Source: Cycas panzhihuaensis (Eukaryota; Plantae; Cycadophyta). From it: DNA of 64,000 bases. The position numbers were made by a program, and so were the translations under genes. This document shows, in pieces, positions 52,620-64,000 of this stretch. The stretch's first letter is position 1, and each line of letters starts with the position of its first letter. The stretch is from assembly GCA_023213395.1 (NCBI GenBank), contig CM041465.1, positions 176,707,741 through 176,771,740 on the forward strand, in the 5' to 3' direction. A model generated the notes under the pieces. That model searched no databases and was not told the DNA's origin. It was given only the letters and a program-made list of their open reading frames with translations.

Positions 52620-53408
52620 CTTCTCCTAGATTTCTAGGAGCATTCAATTGTAGTGGATTAGGCCATGGATTACCTAGTAATTAGTTGAAATTTCTCCCTC
52701 CTTCAATAAATTAGGATGATCCAAAATCCCTCCTTTGTAGGTATTACCTTGGTTGCCATCTTCCCTTCAGCTAACTTGTCTATCTTATGATTTTGCCCAT
52801 TGAACTTCATAATACATAGCCTTAAGAATTGCCTCTTCTAAGGTTTCAAGTTCATGGATGTTTATCTTATTTTAGATATTTTTATTCAATCATTTAATGA
52901 ACCTATGAATTTTTACCTTTTTTCCTTGAATGTAAGTATCATATTGGAGAATTTTTTATGAATTCCCTCTCATATTCATCTGTTATCATCCTCCCTTACT
53001 TCAACTCATAGAAGGATTCAGTCTTCTTATCATAATATCATTTTAAATGATACTTCTACTCAAAGTACTTAGCAAACATACTCCACCTTAAATCTCTTTC
53101 TTGAATGACTTTACCTTTCAATGATGTTCCCACCATAAGGATGCTTTACCTACCAAGTTATAAACAATAATTTTCATCTTCTCATGAAAGATAAAATAAT
53201 TTAGCTCAAAATACTTCTTAAGGTTAAGTGACCATGCCTCTACTTCACTTTTACTTTTGATTTATCCATTGAAAATGGTTTTCCTTACCTTTCTCATTTC
53301 AAATTGGAGTACATTCTTTTTACCTCCATATTTACCCTCTCTTACCCTTGGATTTTTATTAGAAGATTTAGTGCTTGTAGAGTAGTGCTTATTTCCATAC
53401 TCTCAATT
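52620..53408 (-). pseudogene. E8 gag remnant (continues 56551-56684 and 63739-63800)
   Basis: EVEAWSLNLKKYF...YNLVGKASLWWE...YYDKKTESFYELK*GRMITDEYEREF. Confidence 0.85.
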
Positions 53409-56400
53409 TGTAATGAGCCTATACCATATGTAACAACGTTAAGGAAGATAAGTTAGGAGTATTTAATAATAGGGAAAAGGTGGGATTAAATAGCTTAGTG
53501 GTAGGATACTATAATAATAGGGTGGCCCTCTTATAAATATGGCACCCCCATCCTATGTAATACATATTGATATATTTATGAATATAATCTATTAGGGTTC
53601 ACTTTGATGCCCCTTTTGGTTCTTATTTGGTGATCATTCCATCTCCTAATATTCTTCATTCTCCATTATATCATGGTTATAGGGATTGGCATGTAACAAG
53701 TGGTATCATAGCCATTTCTAATCCATACCAGAGCTACCTTATCATTGTAGGTGTCTATTCTATAGGGATGTTTTGCTTACCATCTACATATTCTAGGGTA
53801 TTTGCAACAAAGCTATGAAACCTAGGTGATAAGTATTCATGAGCTTAATTACTTTATTTATAAGTTTATACAAATTGATAGGTTACAAGTTTGTGGATAA
53901 AAGCATATGATTAAGAGTGTCTCTGTCAAATATCACCAAGTATCTACATTTTGATATATCCATCATCTCCCTAATTTGCTCCCCATAAGTTCTTCATAAT
54001 TTAATACTTGATACCCTCTGAAGATATGTTGTATCCTACCATAACCACTTCATGGTCAAATCTGGTACTACATTCTCCTATGAATACACCCTACTAATAA
54101 AATTGGAAGTTAGGGCCACCTACTTTGATGGCTTTGGACATGGGTTGATGAGCCACTACCTTCATTAAGGCATCATCATTATTGACTGGTACATCTTCAT
54201 ATCCATCGATCACCACCACATGTGAGTTCTTCCTTTTAACATCATACTAGCTATCTTTAGTAGCATATGGATAATATCTTTTGATACTAATGCTACCATT
54301 TTCTATAATAAATTTAAAGGCATAGTCTATGAGTCCTCCCTATAGTCGATGTTGATCTTCGTATCATAGTCTACTAATTCCTGCTTAGACAAGTTGACCA
54401 GATGCTTTGACATGATCTGGTTGATACCCTCCACTACCACAATGGTTAAAACACTTAATAGCTTCTACAAGAGCCTTGATTTCCTTTGATCATTCACTTA
54501 GTCTTGATCATAAAGATCTATTTTGTTGTTAATTATGATTACATTATTGCCATCTCATGGAAACTATGTGTGATGTTCTTAAGATCATCAGAGGATTCTA
54601 CTCTGAGTTGCAATCAATCTCTATACATCATCTGTATGAAGGAGGAAAGCTCCATTACACTATATTTGATGAAGAAAGAGTGACGATGATATCATAGTAA
54701 GCCCTGAATCCTCCCAATGACAAAATCATATACTCAAGTATAACTTTCTTTTGATAATGCTGATGATATTAAGCATGGTTAAAATGGTATTTGAAATCTG
54801 TAAGCCTCCATCTTATTAGTAGCTAGTCATATGGAACATCATGATGACCAAAGGTTAACTAGTCAAAGGGGCTTAATAATAATTAAAAGGGTTTTGTCAC
54901 CATTTTCATACTTATCTACAAAGTTTTAGTCATAACATTTTCATTCAAACTCAGAATTTAGTTCTATCAGATCCATCAAATTCCTTGCTTTTAGGGCTTT
55001 AATTTGAACTATCATGTGGTATATTTTAGATGTTTCTTATAGTAGATATAAAGGGTTGAAGTTAAGCCTTATTTTTATATGACATTTTAAAATGTAAATC
55101 TTTTAGTTTTTTGGTTGTTCAGACTTTGGCTTGTGTGATATTACTCTTGAGGCCATACATATTCATTTGTATTCTACAATTAAAAAATGGTCTTCTTAAT
55201 TGGTACTATGATTATGAATAATTCTTTTTTACTACAAGGATGAACTTGAGCTCCCTTAACTTAGGATGGATGACCACATTTACCTTTATGACTGCATTGA
55301 CACTCTAGAACTATTCTTTGAAGATTATTTTGTAGTTTACTACTTCAAGTAGGACTATGCTAAGATCATGTTTGCTATGGAATTCTTGTAATGGAATCTC
55401 TATCAAATAGCTTGGGAATAGTGTCTCTCACACCCAAATCTAAATTGGGCATCCTTCAAGATGGAACTTTAAAGGGAAATAAGAGTTTGCCTAGCTATTA
55501 AAGCGTCCACAAAAGAAGATGCACAGGACCAAGATGATGGGTTGTAGGATAAAATAGTTTTATAAGACCAAGATCACTCAAATGATGAAAAAAGTAGGAT
55601 CAAGCTATTTTATTTAATCTTTATGGTTCTATAATTTTTTATGACTAGCTTGCATCCATGCTTGCATACTTTAAAGAACTTAACTTAATAGAATATCACA
55701 AGCTTTGCTTAGGTATTCAACAATTGAAAGGTCCCCTTTAACTGTGGATATTAGAGCAGTGCTAAAATACCTACAAGCCAAATTGGGACCTCACTTTCAC
55801 CCTTCATGAGTATATTGAAGCACCTACTCCTAACCAAAGCACCCATTTAGAAAGAGAGGCTAAACAAGAGGAAGAAAAAGAATATGAGGTAAATTTTAAT
55901 TTGGATCAGCATGATGTAATCTCTTTACTTGAAGGTGTAAACATTAAGTTGGGTCCATCATCATTCAGGTTGCAAGAATATTTGGGTTCTCATTTTTATG
56001 GATTTCCATATTACTATACTATAGGCCCATATTTCTTTGGTTCTTATAGTCAAATGAAGGAGTCACTCTTTTCTAGACCACATCACCATCTACATGGACT
56101 TTTGCATCTTTTCTCAATAACAAGCTCTATAATAATAGTGTCACCTTACCATTGCCTTAACCAAACCACTACCTATGACATACTGGTAGCAGTAAGTGGT
56201 GGAAATATACATTTTTGTATTAGGATACTTTGAGGGAAAAACATCTGAGGGGAGAGGGCATATAATGAGCCTATATCACATGTAATAGGGTTAAGGAAAA
56301 TAAGTTAGGAGTATTTAATAATAAGGAAAATGTCGGATTAGATGGCTTAGCAATAAGATAATATAATAATAGGGTGGCCCTATTTTAAATATGGCACCCC

Positions 56401-56550
56401 CATACTATGTAAGGCAACTTGATATATTTATGAATATAATCTATTAAGGTTCCCTTTGTTGCCCCTTTTGGCTCTTATTTAGTGATTATTTTGTCTCCCA
56501 ACATTCTTCATTCTTTATGATATTATAGTTACAAGAATTAGCCTGCAACA
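53409..56550 (+). mobile_element. E10: non-autonomous Gypsy-derived element (3.1 kb, 290-bp LTRs) carrying a captured cysteine protease fragment
   Basis: LTRs 53409-53698 / 56261-56550. TSD CAATT/TAATT. PBS TGGTATCATAGCC at 53701-53713; PPT GAGGGGAGAGGG at 56247-56258. Gag-like remnant at ~55220-55490 (KIMFAMEFL..LNWASFKMEL); no RT seen. Confidence 0.92.
53944..54490 (-). pseudogene. Captured, intron-less papain-family (C1A; CEP/RD21-like) cysteine protease fragment, mature domain
   Basis: Reads, with small frameshifts, NQGSCRSY*VF.TIVVVEGINQIMSKHLVNLSKQELVDYD..GGLIDYAFKFIIENG..YPY..KRKNSHVVVIDGYEDVPVNNDDALMKVVAHQP..FQFY**GVFIGECSTRFDHEVVMVGY..KY*IMKNLWGAN*GDDGYIKM. Catalytic Cys codon decayed to TAT; His and Asn retained. 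Confidence 0.95.
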
Positions 56551-57085
56551 TAATTCCTTCATGATCTGCCTCTTCTTCCATTGATTTTGGTATTCTAAAT
56601 TCTTTCAGTATTTTCTTGCTCAATAGTTTCTTAAATATAATAGAGTATTAGCTTGTTGCTCTTTAAAATCCTTTCATTATATTCTATTAAAATTCATCCA
56701 AAACCTAAAATATATGTGCATTTGACATAATACAAAGCTAAACTACTAAAATAAAGCAATGATCATTCGAAATGAGAGCAGAACTCAGATGCATAATGGT
56801 TCATAAGTAAATTTGTCACCACATGAGGCTCCAAATTGGCAGAGCTTCTGCATAAGCAAAAATCAAATATACAAATGAATTAAGTGGGGCTTAATTTATA
56901 AGCATCCCACTAAAGTTTACATGAATGTCATTAGCTAACTTTATGACACATATGGAAGACTTAACATAATTATATAATATCATTAAATTTATAATAAGGG
57001 TCACCTATAGTATATAATATTCATATAATATATATAAATTACAAAGAAATGAGGGTGACATTATAATGTTATAACACCCTTCCTT

Positions 57086-60000
57086 AATGGCATCTTCATT
57101 TCTTCTAATATTAAGGTTGTGCCAAAACTGTTTAAACTTTAGTTTACTAAGTGATTTGATGAAGATCTCTACAACCTGGTTCTTAATTGGTCGGTAAACG
57201 AGATTAACTTCTCCATTCTAGACATGTTTATAGATAAAGTGATGATGGACCTTAATATACTTGGTTTTAACATAAAAAATCGAATCCTTTATCATCTTCA
57301 ACATACTTTGATTATCATAATAAAGAATGGTGGGTGCATGTTGTTGAAATCCAAGCTCAGTGAGAATCCTTCCTAGACAAATCAACTTTATTATGGCATG
57401 GATACTTACTTTGTATTCTACTTTGATGGAGGAAAGAGAAACATTTGGTTACTTATTATAGCTCTAAGAGATTGTAGCTGAGTTCATGTCGAAATAGTAT
57501 CCTAAATTTAAATGGAAAGTGTCCTAACAATCTACCTAATTAACATTTATATGTCCTTTTAGGATAGGGAACTCAATTTAGTTATAATCAAGTCCAAATT
57601 AATGTGTTCTATGAATGTATATGAGGATCCTAATTGTAGCTTTCTAGTATGATGCTTTAAACTTTGACATATACCTGGAGTATATCCCAACTATATATGA
57701 TATGTCTAGTTGAGTATAGATGAGATAAATGAGGCTACTAACTAATTATCAGTATAAAGTGGGATCAAATAGCTTTCCTTGCTTGTCTAAGTTTAGCTTG
57801 ATTCTAGTTTCCATAGGAATTAGTGTTGCCTTATAATCTGTCATCTTGAATCTTTGCAAGATCTCATTAGCATAATTTGTTTAAAATAGGCATATGTAGC
57901 TTGGTTCTTACCAAACTTCAATTCCAAGGAAATAATGAAGTAACCTAAGATCCATCATCTTAAAGTTACTTTTAGTTCTAATTGAAGCCAAGCTATATCT
58001 TTAATATCGTTGCCTATAATTGTAACATTGTCTACATAAAGAACAATAATTATGATTAAGTTATCTCTAACCTAAATGTATAAGTCTACGTTAGAGGGTG
58101 AATGATTAAATCCATGTTGGATAAGGAAGCCATCAATATTTACATACTAGATATGTGGTGCCTACTTTAGTCCATATAGGGCTTTCTTGAGCTTACAAAC
58201 TAAGTGTTCCTAGCCTAGAATAACATAGCTAGGAGGTTGCTTCAAGAAAACCTCTTTTGTGAGCTCTCTATTAAGGAAAGCACACTTCACATCCATTTGG
58301 TAGATAGGCCAGTTAAATTAGGCTATAAGTAACATCACCAAATGGAATATAGTCATGTTGGCCACCAGTGTAAAGGTCTCATCATCGTTAATCCCCTCCT
58401 ATTATTTGAAACCCTGTGATATAAGATGAGTTTTGTGACACTCGATGGTGTTATCTACATGGAATTTGGTTTTGTATAACCATCTACAATCACTTATATT
58501 TTTTCCAAGTGGTAATTATATTATCTTCCAAGTTTCATTTTTTATGAGAGAGTTCATCCCTTCATCTATTGCTACTTTCCATGTTTAGTATTTGACTGCC
58601 TCCTCAAACATGGAAAGCTTAAAGGTTTCTAGGACATGTGCCATTAAGGCAAAATTTATCGAGTGTCTTATCTTTGAAGACCTTTTGGTAGTTGTGAGAG
58701 GAGAAAAAGTATCATTTAACCACTATTGAACCTACTTAGAAGGTGGCTAAATGCTAGTGGCTTTCACTTGAAGGTTATCAACTAGAATAGATGGCATAAT
58801 TATGCTTACTTCTATTGTAGAAGTGGAGGTTGTTGGAATTGATAAAGGACTTAGTGTGTAGGAGTAGACTAATATTAGTGGCTCTAAAATTTGCCTAAGA
58901 GGCACTTAAGGTGCACTAACTTTATTTGTTACTACAAACAAAATTTTAGGTGAATTTAGGTCCTATGTATCTTCAAAAAATATTATATCATGAGTTGTGC
59001 ATACTTGGTTCCCAATAATGTCAAATAATTTGTAGGTTTTGTAACCAGGTACATAACCAAGGAATATGCACTTAAGGCTCTTGTCATTAAGCATTTTTCT
59101 ATTCTCCTTTATAATAAGTTTATATGTCATGCATCCAAATATATTTAAGTATGTAATAGATGATTTCAATCCTAACCTATCTTCCTCAAGAGAAATGTTC
59201 CTAACTGTAAAAGTAGGACTTATGTTGATTAGGCATATAACAGTTATAATTACATCAGTCCAAAATCTAGTGGCAAGTTTAGAAATATTAAGCATAACTT
59301 TTATTTTATTCACTAATGTCTGGTTCATCCTCTTGGCTATATTATTTTATTGTGGTGTATAAGGTACTCAAAAACGGCATTTAATGCCATGTTCCTTATA
59401 AAAATTATTGAATTAATTAAAGATACATTCACCACCATTGTCAAATCCATGAGTCTTGATTATCATACCACTCTCATTTTTAACCATAGCTTTGAACTCT
59501 TTAAATTTATCTAAGGCTTGGTACTTATTTTTTAGGAAGTAGACCCACACTTTTCTAGAGAAGACATCTATAATTGTCATGAAATATAGGCTCCTATTGA
59601 GTGATTATACTAATATGGGCCCACTGATGTTTGAGTGGACCAACTCCAATGGTTTTAAGACTCTCCATGCATTCTTAAAAGGGAATTTTACTCTTTATTA
59701 CTTTTCCTTTAGACATGTCTCACAGATGTTATTATATCTCTTGATTTTAGGTAAACCATGTACCATATGAAGACTATACATTAGGTCTACGCTTTGTATA
59801 TTCAAGTGACCTAGGTGTTGATGCTATAATAGGCCTTTGGAGTTATTTGAAGTGATATTTTCCTTTAAATAAGAGCATTCTCTTGGTTCCTGGATACAAA
59901 GGGATTCTTCAACTATTACATCTTTCCCCTTGTCAAGCTATGTATTTTGGGCCATTAAGTAGGATTCTGATGATATGTTGGTGGTAAGAGGGATACCATC

Positions 60001-61790
60001 AAGCTTGTATAATTTATTTTCTTTGTGATCCATTACTAAAATTTATCAAATTACATGGTCTATAATGGTACATATGCCTTGACTAAAAAAGACATCCAAG
60101 TTCTACTTATCTATTTGGCAATTGTTAGTAGATTCATTTTCATACCCGAAACTAGAAATACATTGTTGATATAATGCTGAATATTGGAATCTTTTAATAT
60201 GATTAGGACTCTTCTAATTTTGATCACATGATATGTCAAGTTGTCACCAAATATGACTATTTATGTGCTTATTAGATAGGCCTCTTCTAAAATCTTTCTT
60301 GAGCTAGTCATGTGATGAGTGGTACCTAAGTCAAGAAGCCAAGAGTTATCACCATGCTAGGATGATAATGCTACAAAGAATAAGTTTTGTGAGGAGGTGT
60401 CTTGGGTGTCTACCACATGGCCTCCTTGTTGAGTGTTAAGGTTCCTTAGATTCCTGGGTGGGAATTGCTACCTATTCTGTTATCTTTGATTCTGATTATG
60501 TCTTAGAGTCTAATTTTATTAATAGAATTGGCCAGATTATTAAAATAATGGTCCTCCTTATGGATAAAAAGGGCATTCTTATTATGAGATAGGGCCTCCT
60601 TGTTAGGAATAAGGAGCTCCTTGTTGTAGAGTAGGGCCTCCTTATTGTGAATAAGGGGCTTCTTATGGAAGGCATATTCCTCCTTATTTATAACTTTGTC
60701 CTTGTTCTTGATAACTTTATCCACCTTATTAAAAGTTGGGTGCTCTTTATAGATGAAATAGGGTTATTTATTGATAATATAGGGCTACTTGTTGAAGGCT
60801 AGACCCATAAGGTTAGCTCCCTTGATTTTGTAATATTTGTGGATTGGCCTAATATCTTCTATATTCAATAATAAGGTGACCAATTTTCCCATAGTATAAG
60901 TAGGTGACACTAGGTCTACTCTATTAAATCTTTTTTATTTAGGGTTATGGTGGTTACTAGCACTATTGGGGTTACTAACTTTGAAGTAAAGATGTGCCAA
61001 CTTGATATAGTAGATGTTGAGTTGGTAACTGATTTAGCTCTTGAGAGATATCTAAGAAGTCTAATTATTGAGTAAGGCTTTAAAGCTGTCAGGGCTGCTG
61101 ATCTAGTTATTATGCAGTCTTACCCTTTTCTAAATTTTGGACTGCAAATGCAAGGGTCGAATCAGAGGTAGATGTTACCTCTAATTGATTGAGAATATTC
61201 TCTTCTCTTAATAGGAGCCCCTCAAAAGTGATAAAATCTATTTTTGTATAGTTATCATGGAGTTTTAAGACAAAGTTATTATATTCTATGGGTAGAATGT
61301 TTAGGATGCTAGATATAAGATCGTAGTGTAAAGGAGATTCACCTAAGATTATTAATTAATTTCTAATAGTCTTTACTTTAGTTAAATAGGCTACAACATT
61401 GCCTACAAATGATATAGCAAAAATACATGCTTTAAGAGTCAAGGATCTTGACTCATCTTTCCTCTCATAGAGAGCACAAAGAATGGTCCATGCTTTATAA
61501 GAGGGGTTATCTCAATGTTTTGGTCCACTTGGTCTTCTACTACCAAATGGAGGAAGGACAAGGCAATACTATCCTTAGCTTTAAAGTTAGTTAAGGTAAT
61601 AGGATCAAGAGGAATGACTATGGTAGAATCATTTAGATCTATGGTAGGTTTAGGTTGGGGTATGTCCCCATTAACATAGGCCCAAAAATCATTCATAATA
61701 AGTAAGTTTTTTACTTATTTCTTCTAAGGGATAAAGTTGTTGATGTCACTAAGTTTGATTGTATTAGATAATAGGTTTTAAGTTTTAAGT
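57086..61790 (-). pseudogene. E11 gag-pol remnant
   Basis: ORFs 61439-61696 (gag) and 58963-59328 (integrase); RT QMDVKCAFLN and RNase H TKYIKVHHHF motifs by manual translation. Confidence 0.88.
60545..60690 (-). repeat. 21-bp imperfect tandem repeat in E11 gag
   Basis: Units like AATAAGG(A/G)GC(T/C)CCTT(A/G)TTGT; the gag frame reads QGGP/QGAP heptads. Confidence 0.75.
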
Positions 61791-61799
61791 GCTTTATAT

Positions 61800-62232
61800 A
61801 CTAATCTACTTAGGTGGCTACTAATCTAGAATTCTAAGTTTAAGGGTCTTTAAGAAAACTCTTAGTTACTATCCTATCTTGGTGCTTATCCATAAGTGGT
61901 AAATTAGGGACTCTATATACTAGTACATGAGCTTAAGACTCTATATACCTTAATACATGGGTTGTATGAAGGTCAAAGACCCCTCTAATTTGTGTATCCA
62001 CATTTCCAGGCTTATACATAGTGATAGATGTAATGATATGAACTTAAACAACCAAGGCACTCACCCTCTCTAGGTCTAGCCTAGTTTCTAATCACCAAGG
62101 AAAGTTTGCCACCTCAACTTGCTACTTAATACACCTAATAGATAATGGATTCCTTAACAAATTAGAGAAAGACCAATGGCATATACAAAGTGCTAACTTT
62201 AAGGGTCTTAACTATTCCCCTTATAAGGCTGG
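61800..62232 (-). ncRNA. Candidate conserved structured leader RNA, E11 copy
   Basis: Reverse complement of 62054-62082 is AGGCTAGACCTAGAGAGGGTGAGTGCCTT, one base different from E6 20771-20799; flanking blocks are in the same order. Confidence 0.55.
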
Positions 62233-63821
62233 TAAAATTGTCTTGTCAATTTAGGATTTATCTTGGTTAATGTTTTAAGTTGAATATTGATTTTAGGGTG
62301 ATTTGCTTATAAACAAGGGTCTTTTTTTAAATAAAAGCTACAAAATAAAAGGAAATATAAGTAATTAAAGGAAAATGAGAGGTTTAGAAAGATCTTTGAG
62401 TGGGCTTATACCAAGAAGAGCTACTTCAATTTCTAAGGAAAACACCTATAAAAAAACCAACCATAAACACCTTGTTAGCCTAAGAAATATACTAGAGTAA
62501 TTAACTAGCAATCAACAGTAGCATAAAGTAGCAAAAGATCTTATAAAGAATGGAGTTTACCCTTCAAATGATGAGAAAAAAGCACAAGGAAGCTTAATCA
62601 AAAAACTTAACTTTGATAGCCTAGAACTTCTATAAAATGGACTCATTATGGTTTAAATAGTTCAAAAAAAGAACACCCAATTGTAAAGATATTGCAAAAA
62701 CAATGACAAGTACCCCTTTGTGCAAAAACCTTATGGAGGATGGGCTTAAGCTCCTTTAAGAAATAGCCCCCGGTCACAGAACTAATGCATGTAACCACCT
62801 ATTGCACTGACTAAAGGGCTAGTGGACTTGAAATTTTACCAAATATAAAATAATCTTTTTGACTTTATAAAAACTATTAAAAATAGCTTATAATATTTTA
62901 AAGCTTATCTCTTATGACTAAAATATGGTCATATGACAATGAATGTGGCCAAATAGAAGGGGCTAATAATCTAGATTTGAGCCAGATATCAAAAGCAACT
63001 TGATTTAATCAAACTTTATGAATTTAAAGTCATAAATTAATAATAATAATAATAATAATCAAATGAGTCTGTCATTGAGCCGCACAGACCCATACAGTAA
63101 ATGAATAATTGACATGATAGAATGAGGCCCAAAACTCATTATTTTTTTCTTATTTTTGCTCCAAATCTAATCAAGGGAGGATGCAAGGGCTAAATATACA
63201 TGTTTAGAGGTGATTTTCCTTCAATGAAGATAAAATGAATGTAAATAGATTTTAGGATGTGTGGAGGTGTTGGAAGTAAATCTGGCTAAATCCTAACTTA
63301 AATATGCATGAAATTGCTTCGTACAATCACCCACTAATTGAGAGCAGGGCCAATACACCACCAAGGATGTAGATGAGGCTCCAACAAGTTGATTTAGTTT
63401 AATCTAGGGTTGAAACAATGTGAACAAAGTTATTTTTGTCTAAAAAATAGGAATGAGAGCTCTTGGCACTACAACTAGATTAAATACCTGTAATATGAGG
63501 TTGATACGAGCTAGACATAGACTACGATCACTTTAGAAAGGCTATGTACACCAAGAAATTTATAAAATAAAGGAGAAAATATAAGAATGGGGTGTCATTA
63601 TAAGGATACAAGCCTCTATTCTTCATTAGTTTTTTAAAAAACTACTAGACAAAGCATGTACAAGTTCTGATACCATGTTAAAACACATCCAAGGTCTGAA
63701 ATATGCATGTATCTGATATAATACAAAGCTGAACTACTTCTTATTGATTATATATAAGCTTTATTATTGATGCTCTTATAAGGTCTTTGTAAGATTCCAT
63801 GTTAAAGCTCTAATACTACCC

Positions 63822-64000
63822 TATCATAGCCCTATCGTATCTAAAGGCTTATTGTGACCTTACTTAATTATAACTCACTTAAGTTAACCAATTGAGCGAA
63901 CACCAACTATATTAACTTAAACTATAAAAACTAATATAGAGTAATTTATACATGCCAGAAAACTTTTACCTAATAGACGTAATAAGTTCAAGAGAAAAGG
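63822..64000 (-). repeat. E8 5' LTR, PBS-proximal part; runs out of window
   Basis: Begins TATCATAGCCC (decayed TG..) 3 nt after a Met-PBS; E8 gag ATG at 63800. Confidence 0.65.

Larger units (their letters stand above)
56685..63738 (-). mobile_element. E11: Ty1/Copia element related to E5, 1.9-kb leader, 5' LTR truncated to ~63 bp
   Basis: 3' LTR 56685-57076; PPT 57077-57085; PBS GTTCTGATACCA at 63664-63675; 63676-63738 matches 56685-56747. Gag NTIKL..MNDFWAYVNG; integrase ORF 58963-59328. Confidence 0.92.
45309..64000 (-). mobile_element. E8: Tekay/Del chromovirus (Ty3/Gypsy), old and internally deleted; host of E9, E10, E11 and probably E2/E3
   Basis: 3' LTR edge ..CTTTACA at 48090 plus PPT 48091-48103. 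Chromodomain and integrase tail 48110-48840. Gag in pieces 52620-53408, 56551-56684, 63739-63800. PBS GCTCTAATACTA at 63807-63818; 5' LTR from ~63822. Confidence 0.82.

Noticed and set aside
54770-54830. Minus-strand KMEAYRFQI resembling the GH1 beta-glucosidase DAYRFSI motif
   Set aside because: Isolated short match with no flanking support.
63739-64000. A twelfth element inserted in the E11 5' LTR
   Set aside because: Better explained as the E8 gag start, PBS and 5' LTR, because the frame joins to 56684.

Overview
AT-rich plant heterochromatin-type window made entirely of nested LTR retrotransposons. A fern or gymnosperm host is my guess only. I found no intact host gene, RNA gene or CRISPR array. 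Eleven elements (E1-E11) can be delimited from LTR pairs, primer-binding sites (PBS), polypurine tracts (PPT) and target-site duplications (TSD). Probably all sit inside one old minus-strand Tekay chromovirus (E8): E8 > {E2 > E1; E3 > E4 > E5 > (E6, E7); E9; E10; E11}. Most are riddled with C>T/G>A changes. E6 (17441-25693) is young and CpG-intact, and its many small indels look like long-read assembly errors. Highlights: (1) non-autonomous Copia-derived E4 carries an intron-less fragment of an AGO4/6/9-clade Argonaute mRNA (13262-13476), antisense to the element; (2) non-autonomous Gypsy-derived E10 carries an intron-less, antisense papain-family cysteine protease fragment (53944-54490); (3) three Copia elements with unrelated LTRs (E5, E6, E11) share a ~400-nt highly structured non-coding element just upstream of gag; (4) Athila-like E3 has a second capsid-like domain between protease and RT, a central PPT and an env-like extra ORF. 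Protein family calls come from manual translation and recalled motifs, not database searches.
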